This document shows, one piece after another, positions 57,101 to 64,000 of a stretch of DNA of 64,000 nucleotides. The stretch lies in contig CAZCAO010000001.1 in the NCBI GenBank assembly GCA_964496815.1, positions 17,803-81,802 of the forward strand, read 5' to 3'. The position numbers and the translations under genes were made by a program. Source of the DNA: an uncultured Candidatus Saccharibacteria bacterium. Its GTDB lineage: Bacteria > Patescibacteriota > Saccharimonadia > CAILAD01 > JADZBC01. A model generated the notes under the pieces. That model searched no databases, had not been told where the DNA came from, and was given only the letters and a program-made list of their open reading frames with translations. Every line of letters starts with the position of its first letter. Position 1 is the first letter of the stretch.

Positions 57101-60100
57101 GGCATATCGCGGCGACATACGACGGTAGCACGATGAAGCTGTATATTAATGGCGCACTTGATGCTTCGGGCGCAACTTCTTTATCGATGCCCGACACAAA
57201 TACCAGCCTCTATATTGGGCGATCGTATGGCACGCAGGGTTCGAGTGGGAATCAAGCATACTATAACGGCAGTTTAGATGAGATTCGTATTAGCAATAGC
57301 GTTCGAACGAGTTTTACATCGAAACCCTATACTGCCAGTCGGGTGGGTGTTCGACTCACTAATCCAGTTTATACGAGCGGCATTGCCAGTTGGGATGGTT
57401 TGGCGAGTAGTTATAGCGCCGATGGTGGCAGTGTGCTGTTTAGACTTTCTATAGACGGCGGAACAACCTGGCGATATTGGGATGGCTTTGCTTGGCAAAC
57501 GTCAGCGGGGCTAGAACAGGCAAACGCAATTGCCGATATTAACGCCAATATACCCTCGATTGGAGTTACATCGGGAGGGATTGTGTGGCAAGCTGTGTTA
57601 CAGGGCGATGGCAATCAGCGTCCATCGATAAGCTCGACTACCCTAACTGCCACAGCGGACACAACTGCCCCTGGTCAAAACGCGGCTAATACCATTATGA
57701 AGACGTCTCCTACCGGAGCGACGGTTGCCGAAGGGGCCTGGACCAATGCGGCCACACCGTACTTTAGTTGGGATGCCGCAATCGACACCCAGTCGACAAT
57801 TAAGGCATATTGCCTCTACCTGGGCCAGTCAAACAGTGATGACCCTCTGACGTCGAAAGGTCTGCTCGGTACGAGTCCGATTGACCTGACAAATACTTGC
57901 CCATTTGCCGTTTCAGGGCAGGACCTTGATCTTGCCACGAATGGGTTGTTGGCGAGTGTGCTGACAAGTTCTTCGAACCCATATTATCTAAACATTAAGG
58001 CAATTGATAACGCTGGCAATGTTGCGGCTAATAGTGAGCAATTTTCATTCCGCTATGATGGAATCGTCCCATCAAACCCCCTCTTCGTTTCCACTCCGTC
58101 GCAATTTGTGGCCAACAAGCAGGTGACGATTACCTGGCCGACCGTCGGGGGAGATGCGGCGCTTGATCAGCATTCCGGGGTTGTAGGCTTGCAATATCGC
58201 ATTGGTACCAATGGTACTTGGTATGGCGACAGTCATACCGGTGCGCAAGACAGTACTGATCTGCTGGCAAACGACGGTAGTTATCAGACGATTGATCCAA
58301 CTGACTTTGATACCTTGCAGGATGGTAATAATACCGTTTACTTTAGGACCTGGGATGCGGCGGGCAATGTGTCGAATGCATATGTTACTGGCGTGATTAA
58401 GATAAATACATCATCACCTTCTGTTCCCCAGAATTTATCAGCTACACCGACGACAAATACGACGAATAGCTTTGCCTTTGATTGGCTCGCGCCGGCTAGT
58501 TTTGGCGGTTCAGCGGCTAACTTAACGTACTGTTATACAATAAATACTCTGCCTTCAGCTAACACGTGTAGCTTCACGGCTGCCGGCGTAACGAATTTGA
58601 TTGCCAACGCTTATGCCACGCAGCCAGGAGCCAACACGATGTATGTGGTAGCTAAGGATGAGGCGGGTAATATAAATTATGCCACTTATGCCTCGGTTAC
58701 CTTTACGGCCAACACGTCAGCGCCTGGACTGCCGCTCAATGCAGATATCGCCGACATCAGCGTCAAGGCTACATCAAATTGGAAGTTGGCAGTATCTTGG
58801 GAAGAGCCAACTGACGTCGGAGCAGGTGTTGCTCAATATCGAGTCTATCGATCTGTCGACGATATTACCTATACGCAGATAGCGAGTACCTCGGGTGCTA
58901 GCTATGTTGACACCGGCCTTTCTCCAATACGGTATTACTATAAAGTTAAAGCCTGCGACTCTGCTAATAACTGCGGCGCCACGACGCTGCAGGTTAATCA
59001 AAAGCCAACAGGTAAATTTACTACCCCTGCTAGCTTGGTTTCTGATCCGGTCGTGTCTGACGTGAGTACGCGACGAGCTACCGTGAGCTGGTCGACTGAT
59101 CGTGATAGTGATAGCCGTATTCAATTTGGCAAAAGTTCTGGTAACTACTTTGCTACAGAAGTCGCAAGCTCTGCACAGACCACGAGTCACAACATAACGA
59201 TTAACAATTTAACCTCGGGAACAACCTATTATGCTCGTGCTCGCTGGACCGACGAGGACGGCAACATCGGTACTTCTGAGGAGTTTATGTTTAGTACCAG
59301 TCCAGCACCGACAGTCAAAGAAGTAACCAATAAACAGATTGGACTTGGTAGTGCTACAGTCCAATTTACATCCAAGGAGGCCACCAAGGTCAAGGTGCTT
59401 TATGGTAAATCAGAGAGTTTTGGCGGGGCGCAGGAGATTAATACAGCCACGCAAGAATCTACTTACACGACCGTGCTATCGAACTTAGAGGATGGTACGA
59501 AGTATTACTATAAGCTCAACACCTATGATAGCGAAGATAATGAGTATGAAGGCAATGTCTACTCGCTTACAACTCCTGCCCGACCTCGTATTAGCAACCT
59601 GCGCTTCGAGCCAGTTGAAGGCGAGCCTACAAGTACGCAGCGGGTCTCGTGGACTACCAACGTACCGACAAGCTCCGAGGTAAGCTACGGCGCGCAGGGT
59701 CAGTCATCTCAAGAACAGTTAGACAGTCAATTAACCCTTGATCACAGCATTGTGATTCGCGGCCTGACTGATGATAGCATATATTCCCTGGTTGCACGTT
59801 CTCGAGATAGCCAGGGCAACGCCGCAGTAAGTGAGACGCAGACATTCCGTACCGCACTAGACACCCGTCCGCCGAAGATAAGTAGCGTTGTGGTCAAAAG
59901 TGCGGTGCGTGGTAGCGGGGCCGATGCACGGGGACAAGTTATTGTAAGCTGGCAGACTGATGAGCCGGCAACCAGCCAAGTGGCGTTTAGTCAGGGCTCT
60001 TTGGGCGGGGAGTTGGCTTCAAGGACCGCAGAAGACGCAAAGTTGGTTACCGACCACCTAGTGATCGTATCTGACCTGACCCCGTCGAAGGTCTACCAAG

Positions 60101-60237
60101 TTCAGGCTTTATCGAAGGATCGTAGTAGTAATCCGGCGAAATCACTCGATCAAACAACAATTGTTGGTAAGGCTCCAGCCAGTATTTTTGACATCGTATT
60201 TAAAACGCTACAGAGCATATTTAGCTTTGTAAAATAG
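54187..60237 (+). CDS. Giant surface protein: split LamG, 14 beta-propeller-like repeats, fibronectin III / PAP-N-like domains
   Basis: 2016-aa ORF; TM/signal near aa 70-90; repeat LYAG.G...GEVWRWNGSSWTQIGGDG.NSGW; FN3-like W.T..S.V.YG motifs. Start codon uncertain. Confidence 0.85.
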   Translation: MRRAAERGRTVFVRTKIPHHAKRARVVVAAHARRAHSATLGRAHSHLVTRVPMYSKWHGWKHHKHVHHGVLAAVLVAGTLNILLFRSAFALSDITQLWNFSSQSDYTLSDTNALEYSGNSVRLKAQNYTSDANTMALYHLDESNGTSASDDSSNNNTGLLANAPAWGAGNLNNALTLNGTNQSVSAADSSSLSLSQSNSLEAWSKLGSSFSANSQQNDQVIMDKGSYKLYYDHETGKPTYELENSSATSWTPQAGNGQNNSWNTSGPTATKASVVHDNNLYIGTAGGAGYAQVWGYTGSAWTKIGGDGINSGWAANTYEEVDSLTSDGTYLYAGLGTTTGDGEVWRWNGSSWSKIGGDGINSGWAAATYESVASMTYMGGNLYAGLGASGGDGEVWKWNGTSWTKIGGDSINSGFNIGTVVSLANDGTYVYAGTGTAAGDADVWRWDGAIWTQLGGDGLNSSWAAGTYQQVLSMFVQGGQLYVGTGAGTSLGEVWKWSGSAWARLASSGTGFPAATYEGVWSITGDGTNLYVGTGNSQNDGDVYKYNGSTWSQIGGDALSSGWTQGYIVYSLTWFNGKLYADATQASSGDVFYSWNGSAWTREGGMYYGGSWGMINLNSVRSMTTANGKLYAGLAGNSNASVFEYTGSAWRIIGAPGLNSAWGVSQISEVNAMTSMGGQLYIGTSGGQNGDAELWRWNGTSWAQVGGDGINSSWNGSYTRIYAMASDGTNLYAGVGSTGGNGEVWRYSGSTWTRIGGAGANGSWNGTYRNIYSLVVSEGNLYVGSYGSTNNSADVWKWNGSSWTQIGGDGLNSGWNFSSIGNGEVGSLAVYGNKLYAGIGSLSAGDASVWSWDGAAWTKVGGDDVNGSWTTSTYERVASMVVYNGQLYAGLGSTGSNGELWRYNGSTWTQVGGDSLNGGWSSSIESVRSLAVYKGKLFAGLGDTQNSDALIYSYGNNGFLQGSTSSFDTAWRHIAATYDGSTMKLYINGALDASGATSLSMPDTNTSLYIGRSYGTQGSSGNQAYYNGSLDEIRISNSVRTSFTSKPYTASRVGVRLTNPVYTSGIASWDGLASSYSADGGSVLFRLSIDGGTTWRYWDGFAWQTSAGLEQANAIADINANIPSIGVTSGGIVWQAVLQGDGNQRPSISSTTLTATADTTAPGQNAANTIMKTSPTGATVAEGAWTNAATPYFSWDAAIDTQSTIKAYCLYLGQSNSDDPLTSKGLLGTSPIDLTNTCPFAVSGQDLDLATNGLLASVLTSSSNPYYLNIKAIDNAGNVAANSEQFSFRYDGIVPSNPLFVSTPSQFVANKQVTITWPTVGGDAALDQHSGVVGLQYRIGTNGTWYGDSHTGAQDSTDLLANDGSYQTIDPTDFDTLQDGNNTVYFRTWDAAGNVSNAYVTGVIKINTSSPSVPQNLSATPTTNTTNSFAFDWLAPASFGGSAANLTYCYTINTLPSANTCSFTAAGVTNLIANAYATQPGANTMYVVAKDEAGNINYATYASVTFTANTSAPGLPLNADIADISVKATSNWKLAVSWEEPTDVGAGVAQYRVYRSVDDITYTQIASTSGASYVDTGLSPIRYYYKVKACDSANNCGATTLQVNQKPTGKFTTPASLVSDPVVSDVSTRRATVSWSTDRDSDSRIQFGKSSGNYFATEVASSAQTTSHNITINNLTSGTTYYARARWTDEDGNIGTSEEFMFSTSPAPTVKEVTNKQIGLGSATVQFTSKEATKVKVLYGKSESFGGAQEINTATQESTYTTVLSNLEDGTKYYYKLNTYDSEDNEYEGNVYSLTTPARPRISNLRFEPVEGEPTSTQRVSWTTNVPTSSEVSYGAQGQSSQEQLDSQLTLDHSIVIRGLTDDSIYSLVARSRDSQGNAAVSETQTFRTALDTRPPKISSVVVKSAVRGSGADARGQVIVSWQTDEPATSQVAFSQGSLGGELASRTAEDAKLVTDHLVIVSDLTPSKVYQVQALSKDRSSNPAKSLDQTTIVGKAPASIFDIVFKTLQSIFSFVK

Positions 60238-60247
60238 GGAAAAGATT

Positions 60248-61018
60248 ATGCAATATTTGATTGAATTTAAAAACGTAGAAAAGAGCTTTGAGGTAGAAGA
60301 GCGCCAAGTTCCAGTATTGCATGATATCAATTTGGCCATCAAGCCGAATTCGTTTGTTATTGTGTATGGCCCTTCGGGCAGCGGCAAAAGTACATTGCTT
60401 AACATCATGATGGGCCTAGAGCCTCCTACGAGAGGGTCTGTACGCATCGACGGCCAAGAGATTTATAACGAGTCCGCCCGTTCACGAGCACTCTATAGGT
60501 CAAAAAATCTAGGGGCTATTTATCAGTCAATGTACTGGATAAAAAGCCTTTCGGTAATTCAAAACGTAGCGCTACCACTTATGTTGGCGGGCCAGACTCG
60601 TGCTCAGGCGCAAGCTACTGCAATGCAAAAGCTTAAGCTCGTTGGTATGGACAAGTTTTCACGTTATGCGCCCAGCTTGCTATCGGGTGGTCAGCAGCAA
60701 AGGGTCGCTATGGCAAGGGCTTTGGTTTCTGAGCCATCAATTCTGGTAGCAGATGAGCCAACGGGCAATTTAGATAGTAAGACAGGAGATGAGGCCATGC
60801 GTCTGCTGCATAATTACCACAAATCAAGCGGCTGTACGATTATACTTGTTACGCATAACTTAGAATATCTCTCAATGAGCAAAGAGCGTTATTACATGCA
60901 GGATGGACGTCTAAAGCAAGATAGGGATATGCACACCGAGCATGTCAGCCGACTTGTAAGCCAAATGCGCAACCGTCTTGATCGAAACCAAGCAGGGCCC
61001 GAAAGGAAAATGCAGTAA
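60248..61018 (+). CDS. ABC transporter ATP-binding protein (LolD/MacB-like)
   Basis: GPSGSGKST, LSGGQQQR, ADEPTGNLD. Confidence 0.93.
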   Translation: MQYLIEFKNVEKSFEVEERQVPVLHDINLAIKPNSFVIVYGPSGSGKSTLLNIMMGLEPPTRGSVRIDGQEIYNESARSRALYRSKNLGAIYQSMYWIKSLSVIQNVALPLMLAGQTRAQAQATAMQKLKLVGMDKFSRYAPSLLSGGQQQRVAMARALVSEPSILVADEPTGNLDSKTGDEAMRLLHNYHKSSGCTIILVTHNLEYLSMSKERYYMQDGRLKQDRDMHTEHVSRLVSQMRNRLDRNQAGPERKMQ

Positions 61019-62268
61019 TGCTGAGTAGAGTTAAACGTGTATTGCCAAACAGGAAGGGTGAAAAAGGTCAGCCGCGCCTAAGTTTCTTGCTGTCGATGGC
61101 ATTGAGTAACTTGCGCTTCAAAAAACTCCGTACCTCGCTGACTGTTGCAGGGGTGGTCATTGGTATTGGATCAATCGTATTCTTGGTATCACTTGGCATG
61201 GGTTTACAGAACTTAGTTACCAAACGAGTTGTCAGCTCTGATTCGGTAAGGACAATCGAGGTGACAACACCCGACCCTACGCTGGTTAAGCTCAACGATC
61301 GTGCAGTTGATCAGTTTAGGAACTTTGGTTCGTTTCTAAACGTAACGCAAATCTATTCTTACCCTGGCAATATCAGTGCCGATGCTGCTCTTACGGACAG
61401 TGTCGTGTATGGTATCGATAGTGCTTACACTAAAGTTGTATTACCCCAAAAACTAGCAGGTGATGTCGTGAAAGATCTCGGACCGAATGATGTGGTTATA
61501 GGGAGCTCTTTATTGCAGCCACTTAACATTAGCTCTGCCCAAAAGGCAATAGGTAAGGCAATTAAGATAAGCATAGTCGTGCCGGATGTTCAGGGTCAAA
61601 CTAAAGCAGGCAAGACGGTAATGCAGGAGTTCGTCATCCGTGGAGTAGTGGAGAGTGGTGCTGGGACTGACGTCTATATCAGTCAAAGGATTTTTAAGGA
61701 CCTCAGTTTAGGAGAGTACGAGCAGGTTAAGCTAGTAGTAAAAGAACAGAGCGCTACTCCCGATATTCGCAAGCGTATTGAGGCGCTCGGTTTTGCGACA
61801 GCCTCGCCTATAGACACATTGCAGCAGATCAATCAGCTTTTCACCTTCTTTAACTTCATTCTCGCCGGCTTTGGTAGTATTGGTATGCTAATCGCGGTTC
61901 TAGGCATGCTAAATACCCTAACTATTTCCCTTTTGGAGCGAACGCAAGAAATTGGCTTGATTGTGTCACTTGGTGGAACTGAGACCGACATAAAAAAGCT
62001 ATTTGTATCCGAATCTCTAATCCTGTCAGTTGCAGGCGGCGCTTTAGGGATTTTGATGGCCTATGGCGGCGGCGGAGTTATCGATCTAGCTCTCAACGGT
62101 TTAGCTAAGCGCCAAGGCTTGACTGAGGAATTCAGTTTGTTCTCGTTACCTTTAACTCTGATTGTAGCCGTTGTAGTATTCATGATAGTGGTTGGCTTGG
62201 CAGTCGTTTATATTCCGGCACGTCGTGCTGCGCGCATTAATCCGATTATTGCCCTGAGAAGAGAGTAG
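61018..62268 (+). CDS. ABC transporter permease (MacB/FtsX-like)
   Basis: RTSLT..GVVIGI, ERTQEIGL, PARRAARINPIIALR. Confidence 0.92.
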   Translation: MLSRVKRVLPNRKGEKGQPRLSFLLSMALSNLRFKKLRTSLTVAGVVIGIGSIVFLVSLGMGLQNLVTKRVVSSDSVRTIEVTTPDPTLVKLNDRAVDQFRNFGSFLNVTQIYSYPGNISADAALTDSVVYGIDSAYTKVVLPQKLAGDVVKDLGPNDVVIGSSLLQPLNISSAQKAIGKAIKISIVVPDVQGQTKAGKTVMQEFVIRGVVESGAGTDVYISQRIFKDLSLGEYEQVKLVVKEQSATPDIRKRIEALGFATASPIDTLQQINQLFTFFNFILAGFGSIGMLIAVLGMLNTLTISLLERTQEIGLIVSLGGTETDIKKLFVSESLILSVAGGALGILMAYGGGGVIDLALNGLAKRQGLTEEFSLFSLPLTLIVAVVVFMIVVGLAVVYIPARRAARINPIIALRRE

Positions 62269-62285
62269 ACCTTATAATATTAACC

Positions 62286-62654
62286 ATGAAAGAAAAATCT
62301 CAAACGTATGCTTTTGATTTTGACGGTGTGATAGCCGAGTACGATGGCTTTAAGGGGCATGATCATTTTGGCAATCCCATTGAGGCCACCGTTGAAGTAA
62401 TAAAAACACTTAAAAATCAAGGACACAAAATTCTCATTTATAGTACGCGCAGTGCAGAGTCCCTGAGCAAATACTGTACACAACATAGTATTCCTGTCGA
62501 TTACTACAATGAAAACCCAGAAGTCAGGACTGATAGCCCGAAGCCCGTAGCCTATTTATATATCGACGATCGATCAATAAGATTTGATGGACAATCAGCT
62601 GATCAGCTTCTGGAAGAAATTGATTCGTTCAAGGTCTATTGGAAGAAGTCCTAA
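62286..62654 (+). CDS. Small HAD-superfamily phosphatase-like protein
   Basis: AFDFDGVI, YSTR, KP.A.LYIDDR. Confidence 0.8.
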   Translation: MKEKSQTYAFDFDGVIAEYDGFKGHDHFGNPIEATVEVIKTLKNQGHKILIYSTRSAESLSKYCTQHSIPVDYYNENPEVRTDSPKPVAYLYIDDRSIRFDGQSADQLLEEIDSFKVYWKKS

Positions 62655-62677
62655 GAAGGCAGACGCCCCAAAAGATA

Positions 62678-62706
62678 TTGACTAATTAGTATATTTATAG
62701 TAAAAT
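62678..62706 (+). promoter_or_regulatory. Promoter of ppdK
   Basis: TTGACT-17-TAAAAT. Confidence 0.6.
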
Positions 62707-62880
62707 ATACCCCTATTTATTACGACTTTTAAATCTATCTTGTCGGGTAAATCGTGCGACGAAGAATGTCGTTTTGACAGATGAATAGTTCTTTAGTGTG
62801 TTGATATGGGCAGGCGAATCAGCGATTAGTCTACAGGGTGAATGACTGCTCGCTGATTCGACTATCCCTTAGGAGGAACC

Positions 62881-64000
62881 ATGTCAGCATCACGTCAAGT
62901 GGTTTTCCTCTTCAACGAGGGGGATGAAGCCACCAGGACCCCTGCGTTTCGTGGGGGTAAGGGTGCAGGTTTGGCGGATATGGTGGCTCTCGGGCTGCCC
63001 GTTCCACCAGGCTTCACCATTGCTACCTCGGTTGCACGTGCATTCGCCGAAACCGGTCAGCTGCCCAAGCGGCTTGAAGGCCAGATTCGGCGGTCGATGC
63101 GCGTGATCGAGAAGTTGACCGGTCAGAAGTTTGGCGACACCGCGAGCCCCTTGCTGGTTTCGGTGCGCTCCGGCGCTCCCGTTTCCATGCCCGGCATGAT
63201 GGATACCGTCCTGAATGTCGGCTTGCGAAGGGAGATGCTTGGTTCACTCGAAAGTGCCAGCGGTCGAGAGTTCGCTGATGACACTTACGAGCGGTTCCTG
63301 CGTCAGTTCGGTTCTGCCGTTCTGGACCTTCCAGTCCAGGATGATCAGTTGCTCATCAAGGAGTCCGAAGGTCTTGTACCCGAAGATCCCTATGAGCAGC
63401 TGATGATGGCGATCCGAGCAGTCCTGCTTTCCTGGAATAGCGAGCGTGCTCGCACGTATCGCGACAACCAGGGGATCCCGCATTGGTGGGGAACTGCGGT
63501 AACCATTCAGGCAATGGCCTTTGGTAACCGAGATGATCAGTCGGCTACTGGTGTGGTGTTTAGCCATGACGTCAACACCGGCGCAGAGGTTCTCACCGGA
63601 GAATTCCTTGTTCGCGCCCAGGGTGAAGACATCGTGAGCGGCACCACGACGCCACAGTCGATCAATCGCATGCAGGCATGGAATCCGCAGCTCTACCAGG
63701 AGCTGCTGAACAGTGTCAGGCTGCTCTCTGATCATCTTGACAGCATGGTTGATGTCGAGTTCACCGTGGATAACGGCAAGCTCTTCATCCTCCAGGTTCG
63801 TCGTGCTACCCGTACGCCCCACGCCGCGGCTGCGTTCGCGGTTCGCCGAGTGTGGAGCCAGCGGTGGACGCACGTCGAGGCTGTCACGAGCCTCAGTGAA
63901 GCCGAACTCGAACAGCTCGAGGACGGTCAGGCCATGATGGAAGGAGATTCTACGCAACTGATTGCTGCCGGTATGCCCGCCTCGAACGGATGTGCTGTTG
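62881..64000 (+). CDS. ppdK: Pyruvate phosphate dikinase (partial; runs off the window end)
   Basis: Translated by hand: GGKGAGLADM..GLPVPPGFTI, PLLVSVRSGAPVSMPGMMDTVLN, AQGEDIVSG, DVEFTV..LFILQVR; AGGAGG SD. Confidence 0.9.
   Translation, partial: MSASRQVVFLFNEGDEATRTPAFRGGKGAGLADMVALGLPVPPGFTIATSVARAFAETGQLPKRLEGQIRRSMRVIEKLTGQKFGDTASPLLVSVRSGAPVSMPGMMDTVLNVGLRREMLGSLESASGREFADDTYERFLRQFGSAVLDLPVQDDQLLIKESEGLVPEDPYEQLMMAIRAVLLSWNSERARTYRDNQGIPHWWGTAVTIQAMAFGNRDDQSATGVVFSHDVNTGAEVLTGEFLVRAQGEDIVSGTTTPQSINRMQAWNPQLYQELLNSVRLLSDHLDSMVDVEFTVDNGKLFILQVRRATRTPHAAAAFAVRRVWSQRWTHVEAVTSLSEAELEQLEDGQAMMEGDSTQLIAAGMPASNGCAV

Noticed and set aside
63244-63957. 237-aa minus-strand ORF
   Set aside because: Antisense to ppdK, which carries clear conserved motifs on the plus strand.

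Overview
A 64 kb chromosomal segment of a small-genome bacterium. Gene content and style (compact housekeeping genes, CPR-type hypothetical and surface proteins, almost no biosynthetic genes) point to Patescibacteria/CPR, possibly Saccharimonadia-like; this taxonomy is inference. Most of the window is core genes: recJ, rpsU, ybeY, adk, map, ftsAZ, nrdR, pyk, ileS, rodA, trxB, rplU, parAB, lepB, htrA, prmC/prfA/rpmE, hisS, typA, rel, ABC transporters and a partial ppdK. I recognised no rRNA, tRNA, CRISPR, transposase or integrase. The most notable non-standard signals are: (1) three GC-rich single-gene cassettes at 42.2-43.9 kb, each with its own promoter and a shared ~45-49 bp dual-pairing palindromic repeat, one encoding a stand-alone RNA polymerase alpha-CTD-like protein; (2) two ~400-nt hairpin-dense promoter-to-terminator units without a credible ORF (51.0-51.4 kb minus, 53.5-53.95 kb plus) that resemble no ncRNA family I recognise; (3) an unannotated 45-aa acidic peptide ending in CISCD, like a free ribonucleotide-reductase C-terminal tail, with an NrdR-box-like palindrome in its promoter; (4) an actinobacterial-type ultrashort-stem-I ileS T-box; (5) a miniaturised EPSP-synthase-like protein; (6) a 2016-aa surface protein with 14 propeller repeats inserted inside a LamG domain; (7) pervasive leaderless gene architecture. 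All product calls come from motif recognition by eye, not database searches.
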